Below, one piece after another: positions 7,575 through 17,009 of a DNA stretch of 32,000 nucleotides. Both the position numbers and the translations under genes were made by a program. Source of the DNA: an archaeon (GTDB lineage Archaea; Iainarchaeota; Iainarchaeia; Iainarchaeales; JANQMZ01); the NCBI GenBank assembly GCA_028279805.1, contig JANQMZ010000007.1, positions 570,001-602,000 on the forward strand, given 5' to 3'. The notes beneath the pieces were generated by a model. It did no database searches and was not told the origin of the DNA. It worked only from the letters and a program-made list of their open reading frames with translations. Position 1 is the stretch's first letter. Each line of letters opens with the position of its first letter.

Positions 7575-10571
7575 GTGAGCAGAGTATTAAAAATAAAAAA
7601 AAGAAATGGCAAAATTGCAGATTTTGATGAAGAAAAAATCACAAACGCTATTTTTAAAGCAGCCAAAAGTGTTGGAGGGCAGGATTTTGAGGAATCACAA
7701 CGTTTGTCAGGCTTGGTTGTAAAAAAACTTGAATCAGAATTAAAGGAATCTGAGATAGCCGACGTTGAACAAATTCAGGATTTTGTTGAAAAAATATTAA
7801 TAGAGGAAGGGCATGCCCAGACCGCAAAATCTTATATTTTATACAGGGACAGACGCGCTCAGATGAGAAAAAAACGTTCACACATTAAGGGTTCTGTTGC
7901 TTTACCTGTCGGAATAGAAATTGAAAAAGAATTGGAAAATTTTCTGGAGGAAAAAAACCCGGAAATCAATGCAATGTTTTCACTTGAAGCAAAACTTGCA
8001 AAAAAAGTTGACATCGATTTATTAAAATCTTATAAACGGCTTTTTGCATTGTTAAAAAAAGCAATAGCTGAAGGGGAATTGCCTGTGCATCCTGACGGCA
8101 ATTATTTAAATGATTCAGAGCTTGGAAAAGACATTTATAACAAAAAATATTATTTGAAAAACCAGGAAGGAAAGGTAATTGAAAAAAATCCTGAAGATGC
8201 TTTTGTGAGATGGGCTGCTTTTGTTGCAGCAGCAGAACCTGAAAAAGAAGAGCAAAAAAAATGGGCTTTTGAATTTTACAAAGATTTGTATGAATCACAT
8301 TATGTTCCTGGAGGCAGGGTACTGGCAGGAGCAGGAGACTTGTTCAGATTAAAAACTTTGGCTAACTGTTTTGTGACAAAACTTGAAGATGACAACATTG
8401 AATCCATTTACAATGCAGCTTATGATTGCGCCAGAACCTATTCTTACGGAGGAGGCATCGGCGTTGACATAAGCGTTTTAAGACCAAAAGATGCCACAGT
8501 GCATAATGCTGCTGATAAAAGCACAGGCGCTGTATCGTTCATGGAATTATACTCACTGACAACCGGTTTGATTGGGCAGTCAGGAAGGCGGGGGGCATTA
8601 ATGTTAACATTGGATGTAAAGCATCCTGATGTTTTTGATTTTATTGACTGTAAAAAGAAAAGCAACTGGATTACAAATCAGATTGTCCAGCAGGCAAAAT
8701 GGTCCGGATTGTTTAATGAGGAACAATTAAATGAAATGGAAAAACAGGTGCGTGATAATACCCAGGTAAGGTTTGCAAACATCAGCCTGAAAACATCTGA
8801 TGAGTTTATGAAAGCGGTTGAGGAAGAAAATGTTTACGGTCCTGATAAAATTCTGTTATACAAGGAGAAAAAAGGACAGAATGAAAAAGGAGGACAGGAT
8901 TTTGAAAATGTTCATTATTCTGTTACAATTCCAAGCAAAACTTTGGATCATTACGAATTTGTTTCAGCTTTTGAAAACATTGAAGAATTAAATTCTTTTT
9001 TAACAGATTATGGCAAAAAAGTTTCAAATGAGGATCTGAATGACATAAACAAGAGAAACATTTTTGGAGATTATAGGATTTCCTTGGAAAATGAAAAATT
9101 TGACCTGGCAATAAAACATTCAGGAGACTTTTTGTTATACTTTAACCAGAAACAAACCGGTGAACTGAAAAGAATGGTTAAAGCAAGGGAAATATGGGAC
9201 AAGTTTGTTGAGAGTAATTATCATTCAGCTGAACCGGGTTTGCTGTTCTGGACAACCATGAGTGATTATTCCCCGTCAAACTATGCTGGCAGGCCTGTTG
9301 TAAGCACAAATCCATGCGGAGAAGTTCCACTGGAATCCGGGGGAGCATGTAATTTAGGGAGCATTAATTTGTCAATGTTTGTAAAAAATGGCTATGAAGA
9401 AAATGCTGAAATTGACTGGAATGCAATTGAAAAAGCTGCAAAAAATCTTACAAGATTTTTGGATAACGTGGTTTCATGGAACGAATCATTAAATGCTTTG
9501 GCAAGTCAGAAAACAGCTGCAGGAGAAACAAGAAGATTGGGATTAGGGGTTATGGGCATTGCAGACATGTTAAACCAGCTTGGAATAGGTTATGACAGTG
9601 AAAAAGGAATTGAATTAATAGGCAAAATAATGAGTTTTATTGCCAATGTTTCATATGAAGCTTCAGCAGAATTATCCGAAGAAAAAGGCCCGAGCCCTAT
9701 TTTTAATTATGAAAATTATTCACAAAATCCTTTCTTTAAAGAAGCATTGTCAAATGAAACAAAAAAACTGGTTAAAGAAAAAGGCTTAAGAAATATTGCA
9801 ATACTGTCAATTGCCCCGACAGGTTCAATTTCAAATATTGCTGTGGGATACAAAAATGGTAAAAAAAATTATATCGGAATAAGCAGCGGAATAGAACCCA
9901 TTTTTTCATTATATTATACAAGGCGTTCAGAATCTTTTGGAAATAAGCTGTTTAAGGTTTTTCATTCAACAGTTCAGGCTTATCTGGATAAAAAAAAGTT
10001 AAATGACAAAGTAAAAGATGAGGAAATTGAAGGTTTAAAAGGAATTTTGCCTGAAGAATTTTTCAGAACAGCTCATTTTGTTGAACCTGAAATGCGTGTC
10101 AAAATTCAGGGAATTTGCCAGAAATACATTGACCACAGCATTTCGTCAACGGTTAATCTGCCTGAAAGCGTCAGCCCTGAAACAATTTCGGATATTTATT
10201 TAAAAGCATGGAAAAACAGGTTAAAAGGAATAACAATTTACAGGGATGGAAGCCGTTACCCAATTTTAAGTGTTCAAAAACAACAATCAGCTTTTACTGA
10301 TACAAAAAACAAACAGTTTCAGGTTCAGATTGATGAAAAAGAAGTAAAGGCAAAAGGGGATCAGGTTGTAAAAGTTCATGGAAAACTTACAACACCTTTT
10401 CACATTCTTTACAACAAAGAAAACGGCCATATAAAAATTCAGGAAATTGAAAAAGAAGAAAAAACAAAAACACTGACAACAACAGGAGAACAGGAATCAG
10501 ACAAAAGTCAGGGCGGCGTCTGCAAAATAGAATTTGTTGACGGAAAGCTTGTGAAAAGCTGTGAAGACTGA
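7575..10571 (+). CDS. nrdJ: Class II (adenosylcobalamin-dependent) ribonucleotide reductase with an N-terminal ATP-cone
   Basis: ATP-cone KRNGKIADFDEEKITNAI...YILYRDRR. Active-site loop STNPCGEVPL, plus LGLGVMG and SSTVNLP. The C-terminal Cys pair is GGVCKIEFVDGKLVKSCED. A GTG at 7575 is preceded by GGGGAG at 5-nt spacing; the alternative GTG is at 7518. Confidence 0.9.
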   Translation: MSRVLKIKKRNGKIADFDEEKITNAIFKAAKSVGGQDFEESQRLSGLVVKKLESELKESEIADVEQIQDFVEKILIEEGHAQTAKSYILYRDRRAQMRKKRSHIKGSVALPVGIEIEKELENFLEEKNPEINAMFSLEAKLAKKVDIDLLKSYKRLFALLKKAIAEGELPVHPDGNYLNDSELGKDIYNKKYYLKNQEGKVIEKNPEDAFVRWAAFVAAAEPEKEEQKKWAFEFYKDLYESHYVPGGRVLAGAGDLFRLKTLANCFVTKLEDDNIESIYNAAYDCARTYSYGGGIGVDISVLRPKDATVHNAADKSTGAVSFMELYSLTTGLIGQSGRRGALMLTLDVKHPDVFDFIDCKKKSNWITNQIVQQAKWSGLFNEEQLNEMEKQVRDNTQVRFANISLKTSDEFMKAVEEENVYGPDKILLYKEKKGQNEKGGQDFENVHYSVTIPSKTLDHYEFVSAFENIEELNSFLTDYGKKVSNEDLNDINKRNIFGDYRISLENEKFDLAIKHSGDFLLYFNQKQTGELKRMVKAREIWDKFVESNYHSAEPGLLFWTTMSDYSPSNYAGRPVVSTNPCGEVPLESGGACNLGSINLSMFVKNGYEENAEIDWNAIEKAAKNLTRFLDNVVSWNESLNALASQKTAAGETRRLGLGVMGIADMLNQLGIGYDSEKGIELIGKIMSFIANVSYEASAELSEEKGPSPIFNYENYSQNPFFKEALSNETKKLVKEKGLRNIAILSIAPTGSISNIAVGYKNGKKNYIGISSGIEPIFSLYYTRRSESFGNKLFKVFHSTVQAYLDKKKLNDKVKDEEIEGLKGILPEEFFRTAHFVEPEMRVKIQGICQKYIDHSISSTVNLPESVSPETISDIYLKAWKNRLKGITIYRDGSRYPILSVQKQQSAFTDTKNKQFQVQIDEKEVKAKGDQVVKVHGKLTTPFHILYNKENGHIKIQEIEKEEKTKTLTTTGEQESDKSQGGVCKIEFVDGKLVKSCED

Positions 10572-10686
10572 TTTTTCAAATTTTTTATACATAAAAAAAA
10601 GTTTTTAATTCAAAATTTTTAAGTAAAAATTGTTTGAATTTTTCAACTGCAAAGCTTTTTATTAGTTTTGAAGGAATAGCTATATC

Positions 10687-10770
10687 GGTGTGGTTGGGAG
10701 CCCGAGTTGTTAATCCCCTGCGATTAACACTTTGAAATTCTCCGGAATTTACTTGGGTTTTATCCACACC
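10687..10770 (+). ncRNA. Candidate ~84-nt structured small RNA (unknown family)
   Basis: Four nested helices were read from the sequence: 10687-93/10764-70, 10701-06/10752-57 (with one G.U pair that works only on the + strand), 10708-15/10722-29, and 10735-40/10745-50. A TATA-like CTTTTTATTA (10655-64) is centred about 26-27 nt upstream. A T6 run follows at 10780-85. Confidence 0.35.
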
Positions 10771-10878
10771 ATTTGCCTATTTTTTATAGTATTATCCGGT
10801 TTAGCCATTGAACCATTTTTTGTCCAATAAAAAGCCTTAAAACACTTAATAGCCTGATTATTTACGCAGGGTGATTTC

Positions 10879-11688
10879 TTGCCAAAAAAAACAACAAAAA
10901 CAAACGGAAAAAAAAAAATAAAAAAAGCCCAGCAAATTAAAAAAATTGAAAAACAGGCAAAAAAAATAATTGATGAAACAACCCATAAAAGCACTGATCT
11001 GGACAGAGTTAAAACAGGAATCACAGGGCTTGACGAATTGTTGTATGGCGGAATTCCGAAAGGGAATTTAGTTGTTTTGTCGGGCAATCCGGGTTCGGGA
11101 AAAAGCATTTTATGCTTGCAGTTTATTAACAGCGGAATAATAAATAATAAAGAAAAAGCTGTTTTTATTTCATTGGAAGATGAAAAAGAACAAATTATTA
11201 AAACGGCAGCACAATTCGGATGGGATTTTAAAAAACATATTGATGAAAAAAACCTTGTAATTGAAACAATTGAATTATACGATTTTGAAAAATTAAAAAA
11301 TTCAGTGGAAGACTTGTGCCACAGAGTAGGGGCTTCAAGGCTTGTTATTGACCCCGGAGTAATATTCAGATTATATTTTGAGAGAGAGTTAGATGCCAGA
11401 AAAAAAATTTTGGCTTTAAGCAGAATGCTCAGAAAAATTAATGTTACCACAATAATTACAAACGAATTATCAACAGAGGGGCCAAGTTCTTTGTTCGGAT
11501 TGGAAGAATATGTTGCAGACGGAGTAATACTGTTATACCATACAAGGCTGAAAAACAAGTTTGTACGGGGAATAGGAGTTCAAAAAATGCGCGGAACAAG
11601 AATAAGTGAAAAACTTTACCCTTTAACTATAAGCAAAAAAGGAATAACGGTTTACCCGCAGCAGGAATTGTTGCAGGATATTCTTTAA
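10879..11688 (+). CDS. KaiC/RadA-like RecA-superfamily ATPase (single domain) with a Lys-rich N-terminal tail
   Basis: GITGLDELLYGGIPKGNLVVLSGNPGSGKS (Walker A) and RLVIDP (Walker B-like). The TTG start is preceded by GGTGA at 4-5 nt. Confidence 0.75.
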   Translation: MPKKTTKTNGKKKIKKAQQIKKIEKQAKKIIDETTHKSTDLDRVKTGITGLDELLYGGIPKGNLVVLSGNPGSGKSILCLQFINSGIINNKEKAVFISLEDEKEQIIKTAAQFGWDFKKHIDEKNLVIETIELYDFEKLKNSVEDLCHRVGASRLVIDPGVIFRLYFERELDARKKILALSRMLRKINVTTIITNELSTEGPSSLFGLEEYVADGVILLYHTRLKNKFVRGIGVQKMRGTRISEKLYPLTISKKGITVYPQQELLQDIL

Positions 11689-11737
11689 CGGAAATTCGCT
11701 CTGCTTTCTTTTAAAAACAGTTTAAAGAGATTTTTTT

Positions 11738-13132
11738 ATGGAAAAAAAAGAAAAAGAATTTTTTAATAAAATAAAAACAATTGCGGAAGAAATAAAAAAA
11801 AATGACAATTTTGTTGTATTGCATCATTATGATGCTGACGGAGTTTCATCCGGAGCAATAATATGCAAGGCACTGGAAAGGGAAAATAAAAAATTCAAAG
11901 TCAAATGGGTTAAACAGCTTTACTCCGAAGATATTAAGGAAATTAAGGGACTGGGAAAAAAATATTTGTTTGTTGATTTTGGGAGCAACTATTTAAAAGA
12001 ATTAAAAAAAGAATTCGGAAAAAATTTTATTGTAATAGACCATCACCAGGCTTCAGGCAATTCAGAATTCCACTTAAACCCCTTAAATTTTGGAATTGAC
12101 GGAGGCAAAGAAATTTCAGCAGCAGGACTGGCTTTTTTGGTTGCAAAAGAATTAAATGAAAAAAATTCTGATTTGTCTGCTTTGGCGGTTATAGGTGCAT
12201 GCGGGGACATGCAGGATTCCGGGGGACAATTAACAGGTTTAAATGCCCGGATTTTAAAAGAAGCAGAAAAAGAAAAAATTGTTTCAGTTAAAAACGATTT
12301 AAGATTATATGGGAGAATAGGGAGGCCTCTGGCACAATTTTTGGTTTATTCAAATAGTCCTGTTCTGCCAGAATTAACGGCAAACGAAGAAGCATGCGTT
12401 CAGTTTTTAAAAAACAATCATATTCCGGTTAAAAGAAATGAACAATGGTTAAGCTATGATGATTTAGGGCCGGATTATAAAAAAAAATTTGTATCCGCCC
12501 TGATTTTGCATATGCAGAATCATAATGTGCCTGAATGGAAGTTACAGTCAATGATAGGAGAAGTTTATACTCTGGAAAAAGAGGAAAGAAAAACGCCTTT
12601 GCGGGATGCAAAAGAATTTGCCACACTTTTAAATGCCTGCGGGAGGTATGGAGAAGCAGATGTCGGGAGAAATGTTTGCATGGGAGACAGGGAAAAATGG
12701 TATCAAAAAGCTTTAGGCTTGTTGCAGGAGCACAGAATTAATTTGAGAAGCGGAATTGATTTTGTAATGCAAAGAGGTGTTGAAGAAAAAGAAAATTTTT
12801 ATTTTTTTGACGCAGAAGATAAAATAAAAGAATCAATTGTGGGAATAATAGCCGGAATGTTATACGGTTCGGGAGCGATTCAGGATAACAAACCCATAAT
12901 TGCTTTTGCAAGAAATGAGGACGGAGGAATAAAAGTTAGTGCGAGAGGAACACAGGATTTGATAAGGAAGGGATTAAACCTCGGAGGAGTGTTAAAAAAA
13001 GTGTGCTTAGAGCTTGGTGAAAAAAGTGAGGGCGGGGGCCATAAAATAGCGGCAGGCTGCAGAATTGATTTGGAAGAAAAAGAAATTTTTTTGCAAAAAT
13101 TGGATAAAAAAATAAAGCAGTCTTATACATAA
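11738..13132 (+). CDS. DHH/DHHA1 phosphoesterase, archaeal RecJ/GAN-like nuclease
   Basis: Motifs VVLHHYDADGVSSGA, IVIDHHQ and GACGDMQD, plus the DHHA1 motif GGGHKIAAG. The size of 464 aa fits the family. Confidence 0.8.
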   Translation: MEKKEKEFFNKIKTIAEEIKKNDNFVVLHHYDADGVSSGAIICKALERENKKFKVKWVKQLYSEDIKEIKGLGKKYLFVDFGSNYLKELKKEFGKNFIVIDHHQASGNSEFHLNPLNFGIDGGKEISAAGLAFLVAKELNEKNSDLSALAVIGACGDMQDSGGQLTGLNARILKEAEKEKIVSVKNDLRLYGRIGRPLAQFLVYSNSPVLPELTANEEACVQFLKNNHIPVKRNEQWLSYDDLGPDYKKKFVSALILHMQNHNVPEWKLQSMIGEVYTLEKEERKTPLRDAKEFATLLNACGRYGEADVGRNVCMGDREKWYQKALGLLQEHRINLRSGIDFVMQRGVEEKENFYFFDAEDKIKESIVGIIAGMLYGSGAIQDNKPIIAFARNEDGGIKVSARGTQDLIRKGLNLGGVLKKVCLELGEKSEGGGHKIAAGCRIDLEEKEIFLQKLDKKIKQSYT

Positions 13133-13176
13133 CCATTTTTGTAATGTTTTTAAAAAGGGCGGGATTAGATTTTTAG

Positions 13177-14238
13177 ATGGACATAAAAAAATATTTGGAA
13201 TTAAAAAAATCCTCAATTGATAAGGAAATTGAAAAAATTGTTCCAAAAAAAATTAACCAAGAATGGATTGAATATGCTGTGGGAAAAGCAGATTATGCTT
13301 ATGAGCCTGAGTCATTAAATTTTGGATTAAGCAAACCAATTTGGGATTTGATTGAAAGGGGGGGGAAAAGATGGCGGCCTGCCCTGACAATTTTATGCTG
13401 TGAAGCGGTAGGAGGAACAGAAAAACAGGCACTGCCTTTCACGCCCTTGCCTGAACTTGTTCATGACGGAACACTGGTTGCGGATGACATTGAAGATTCT
13501 TCAAAAGAAAGGCGTGGAAAAAAAGCTTTGCATTTGATTTACGGGGAGGACATTGCGATTAATGCGGCATCCGCTTTGTATTTTTTGCCTTTAAGCGTTT
13601 TATATAAAAACACTCAAAAACTGGGTGAAAAAATAAAAAACTCGCTTTTTGATTTATACGGGGAAGAAATGGTTCGAGTCAGCCTGGGACAGGCAATGGA
13701 TATTTCATGGCACCGCGGAGTAAAAGAAAATATAACAGAAAAAGAATATTTGCAGATGTGTGTTTACAAAACAGGTGTTCTGGCAAGAATGTCAGCAAAG
13801 CTCGGGGCAATTGTAGGCGAAGGAACAAAAGAACAAATTGAAACACTTGGCAAATTCGGAGAATCTTTAGGAGTGGGCTTTCAGATAAAAGATGACATTT
13901 TAAACATTAAACCGGAATCAGACAAATGGGGAAAAAGCATCGGAGAAGATATTACTGAGGGTAAAAAAACGCTGATTTTAATAAAAGCATTGGAAGAATT
14001 AAAAAACGGAGAAAAAAAAGAGCTTGAACAGTTAATTAAAGGAAAAGTTAAAGAAAAAGAAAAAATTGAAAGAGCCATTGAATTAATTGAAAAAACAAAT
14101 GCAATTCAGTATGCTGAAAAAAAAGCTTTTGAAATTGTTTCAAATGCCTGGAATAACACTGAAAAAGTTTTAGAGGAAAGTGAGGCAAAATCTTTGCTTA
14201 AAGAATTTGCACAATACTGCATTAAAAGAAAAATCTAA
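13177..14238 (+). CDS. Polyprenyl (geranylgeranyl-type) diphosphate synthase
   Basis: First Asp-rich motif LVADDIEDSSKERRGK and second motif GFQIKDDILN. The product chain length cannot be read from the sequence. Confidence 0.85.
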   Translation: MDIKKYLELKKSSIDKEIEKIVPKKINQEWIEYAVGKADYAYEPESLNFGLSKPIWDLIERGGKRWRPALTILCCEAVGGTEKQALPFTPLPELVHDGTLVADDIEDSSKERRGKKALHLIYGEDIAINAASALYFLPLSVLYKNTQKLGEKIKNSLFDLYGEEMVRVSLGQAMDISWHRGVKENITEKEYLQMCVYKTGVLARMSAKLGAIVGEGTKEQIETLGKFGESLGVGFQIKDDILNIKPESDKWGKSIGEDITEGKKTLILIKALEELKNGEKKELEQLIKGKVKEKEKIERAIELIEKTNAIQYAEKKAFEIVSNAWNNTEKVLEESEAKSLLKEFAQYCIKRKI

Positions 14239-16919
14239 TTTATGCCGTTGCCTAAAGCCGCATGAGCGGAAGCCAGTCTTGCAACAGGCACTCTGTAAGG
14301 AGAACATGAAACATAATCTAATCCTGCAGAATGGCAAAATTTAATTGATTCAGGGTCTCCTCCGTGTTCCCCGCATATTCCGACACTGAAGTTTTTTTTA
14401 ATTTTCCTTGCTTTTTTGACAGCCATGTCAACCAAAATCCCGACGCCGTTACTGTCAAGAGTCATAAAAGGGTTTTCAGGCAAAATTCCTTTTTCCAGAT
14501 AAATTGCCATAAATTTTGCTTCCACATCATCTCTTGAAAAACCAAAAGTTGTCTGAGTCAGGTCATTTGTTCCGAATGAAAAAAAGTCTGCATGTTCTGC
14601 AACCCTGTCTGCAACAAGGCATGCTCTGGGCAATTCAATCATTGTTCCTATTTTGTAAGGAATTTTTTTCTTATATTTTTTTAAAACACTTTTAGCGGCT
14701 TTCAATGAAACCTGTCTTAATTCTTTTAATTCTCCTGAAACGCCTACAAGAGGAATCATTACCTGCGGCTTGACCTTGAATCCTCTTTTTGCAGCTTTAA
14801 CCGCTGCTTCAAAAATTGCCTGAACCTGCATTTCATAAATTTCAGGAAAAACAATTCCAAGCCTGCATCCCCTGTGTCCAAGCATTGGATTTGACTCTGA
14901 TAATTCTGAAACAATTTGATATAATTGCTGTTCTTTTAACAAGTCAGATTTGTTTCTTTCAAATTCAAGTTTTACTATTTTTCCCATCAACTCTTCCTTG
15001 TTTGGCAAAAACTCATGCAAAGGAGGGTCAAGCAAGCGAATAATGACAGGATAGCCCGACATTGCCTTAAAAATTCCGTAAAAATCGTTTCTCTGCATTG
15101 GCAACAATTTTTTTAAAGCATTTTTTCTCTCTTTCAAAGTTCTGCTTAAAATCATTTTTCGGACAATAGGCAATCTTTTTTTATCCATAAACATGTGTTC
15201 CGTTCTGCACAAACCAATTCCTTCAGCTCCAAACATTCTGGCTTTGGAAGAATCTTCAGGATTGTCCGCATTTGTCCTCACACCCAACGTTCTGAAAGAG
15301 TCAGCCCATCTGAGTAATTTTTCCATGTTAGGATTTAAAGTTGGTTCAATTGTCGGCACCCGTCCAAGAATAACTTTGCCGGTTGTACCGTCAATTGTTA
15401 CAACGTCACCCTCTTTTAACTCGGTTGAACCTATTAGGCATGTTTTATTTTTTTCATTAATTTTTAAAACGTCACAGCCTGCAATGCACGGTTTTCCCAT
15501 TCCCCTTGCAACAACCGCAGCATGTGAAGTCATACCGCCTCTTGCAGTAAGAATTCCCTGAGCTTCAATCATTCCGTGAATGTCATCAGGAGTGGTTTCA
15601 GGGGCAACAAGCAAAACCTTCCTTCCTTTCCTTCCAAGCATTTCAGCTGTATCAGCATCAAAAACAATTTTTCCCGCAGCAGCCCCGGGAGAAGCAGCTA
15701 ACCCTGTACCTATTTCCTGAACATCTGCTTTGGGGTCAATTCTCCGGTGTAAAAGCTTGTCAAGCTGGGTTGGTTCAATTCTTAAAACAGCTTCTTTTTT
15801 TGAAATTAATTTTTCTTTGTTTAAATCAACAGCTATTTTTACAGCTGCTTCAGGCGTTCTCTTGCCTTTCCTGGTCTGAAGCATGAAAAGTTTGCCTTTT
15901 TCAAAAGTAAATTCCATGTCCTGAACATCCCTGAAATGCTTTTCAAGTTTTTTTGAAATTGTTTCAAGCTGTTTATAAATTTCAGGCAACTCTTTTTTCA
16001 GTTCCTTTATTTGTTTCGGAGTTCTTATTCCAGCAACAACATCTTCTCCCTGAGCATTAACCAAGTATTCGCCATAAAATTCTTTTTTTCCATTTGAAGG
16101 ATTTCTTGTAAAAGCAACTCCTGTTCCAGAAGTTTTTCCCATATTTCCAAAAACCATTGACTGAACATTTACCCCTGTTCCAAGATTGTCAGGAATATTA
16201 TTGGCTTTTCTGTAAGTTATTGCCCTTTTAACATTCCAGGAATCAAAAACAGCTTTTATAGCCAAGTCAAGCTGTGTTTCAGGATCTGAAGGAAAATTTT
16301 TGTTTGTTTGTTTTTTTACAATTTCCTTATATTTTGTGATTATTTTTTCCCAGCTTGAATCGTTTAAATCAGAATCATTTTTTGCATTAATTCTTTTTTT
16401 TTCATTTTCCAGAACTTTTTCAAATTTTTTGTTTGAAACGCCTAAAACAACATCCGAAAACATTTGAATAAATCTTCTGTAAGCATCCAATGCAAAACGT
16501 TTATCGTTGGTCTGGGTTGCAAGAGCTTCAACTGTTTCATCATTTAATCCAAGATTTAAAACAGTGTCCATCATTCCCGGCATTGACACAGCAGAACCTG
16601 ATCTTACCGAAACAAGCAAAGGGTTTACATTAGAGCCGAATTTTTTTCCGGTTCTTTTTTCAAGCTTTTTTAAAGCATTGGAAATTTGTTTTTTTGCCTG
16701 GCCCGGAAGTTTTTTGTTTTTGGAAAGGTAATGGTTGCATGCAGCCGTTGTAATGGTAAAACCAGGGGGAACATTTAACCCCACGCGGGTCATTTCAGCC
16801 AGATTTGCCCCCTTTCCTCCCAGAATGGCTTTCATGTGCCTGTTTCCCTGGTCAAAAAAATAGACAAATTTTTTAGAATTCAAACTGCCCACAACCCAAC
16901 CCGTAACAAAAAAGTACAA
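14235..16919 (-). CDS. ppdK: Pyruvate, phosphate dikinase
   Basis: LGGKGANLAEM, the phospho-His region GGMTSHAAVVARGMG and the PEP-utiliser C-terminus GICGEHGGDP. The start is ambiguous (TTG 16919, GTG 16892 or TTG 16883). The 3' end overlaps the convergent prenyl synthase gene by 4 nt. Confidence 0.9.
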   Translation of the reverse strand: MYFFVTGWVVGSLNSKKFVYFFDQGNRHMKAILGGKGANLAEMTRVGLNVPPGFTITTAACNHYLSKNKKLPGQAKKQISNALKKLEKRTGKKFGSNVNPLLVSVRSGSAVSMPGMMDTVLNLGLNDETVEALATQTNDKRFALDAYRRFIQMFSDVVLGVSNKKFEKVLENEKKRINAKNDSDLNDSSWEKIITKYKEIVKKQTNKNFPSDPETQLDLAIKAVFDSWNVKRAITYRKANNIPDNLGTGVNVQSMVFGNMGKTSGTGVAFTRNPSNGKKEFYGEYLVNAQGEDVVAGIRTPKQIKELKKELPEIYKQLETISKKLEKHFRDVQDMEFTFEKGKLFMLQTRKGKRTPEAAVKIAVDLNKEKLISKKEAVLRIEPTQLDKLLHRRIDPKADVQEIGTGLAASPGAAAGKIVFDADTAEMLGRKGRKVLLVAPETTPDDIHGMIEAQGILTARGGMTSHAAVVARGMGKPCIAGCDVLKINEKNKTCLIGSTELKEGDVVTIDGTTGKVILGRVPTIEPTLNPNMEKLLRWADSFRTLGVRTNADNPEDSSKARMFGAEGIGLCRTEHMFMDKKRLPIVRKMILSRTLKERKNALKKLLPMQRNDFYGIFKAMSGYPVIIRLLDPPLHEFLPNKEELMGKIVKLEFERNKSDLLKEQQLYQIVSELSESNPMLGHRGCRLGIVFPEIYEMQVQAIFEAAVKAAKRGFKVKPQVMIPLVGVSGELKELRQVSLKAAKSVLKKYKKKIPYKIGTMIELPRACLVADRVAEHADFFSFGTNDLTQTTFGFSRDDVEAKFMAIYLEKGILPENPFMTLDSNGVGILVDMAVKKARKIKKNFSVGICGEHGGDPESIKFCHSAGLDYVSCSPYRVPVARLASAHAALGNGIN

Positions 16920-17009
16920 TAGTTTTTGGATAAAAACACTTTATAAAAATGATGTTAAGCAAACCAAAGGAATTTTAATAATTGGCTGGTAAATTTATCT
17001 GGGAATGGC

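Noticed and set aside
8640-9200. Possible intein or mobile insertion in the 1017-aa class II RNR
   Set aside because: There are no intein splice-junction hallmarks (no Cys/Ser at an insertion start, no His-Asn followed by Cys/Ser/Thr) and no homing-endonuclease motif. The extra length is accounted for by the ATP-cone, a lineage-specific charged insertion between the FMKAVEE and KAREIWDKF segments, and a Lys/Glu-rich C-terminal tail ending in the Cys pair.
10585-10767. A 60-aa minus-strand ORF in the RNR / KaiC-like spacer
   Set aside because: It has a GTG start and no SD, and it runs through the AT-rich terminator region. Its GC-richer part coincides with the nested helices, which an RNA explains better. 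It is kept as the alternative hypothesis in the ncRNA finding.
10687-10770. tRNA, split-tRNA half, C/D-box or H/ACA assignment for the two candidate RNAs (10687-10770 and 30911-30975)
   Set aside because: I could not build a D-arm, a 7-nt anticodon loop or a GTTCRANYC T-loop on either strand. There are no RUGAUGA/CUGA boxes and no ACA at the right distance. Both are therefore left as unclassified.
10749-11558. A 269-aa minus-strand ORF exactly mirroring the KaiC-like gene
   Set aside because: It is a shadow ORF. Its product is Phe/Ser/Ile-rich low complexity with no motif, whereas the + strand frame has a clear Walker A/B ATPase. AAA/GAA-rich genes routinely leave the antisense frame open.
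14235-14238. Convergent gene overlaps (prenyl synthase/PPDK by 4 nt; small membrane protein/dtdA by 9 nt at 29614-29622)
   Set aside because: These are consistent with general genome compaction and show no sign of a regulatory or recoding function.
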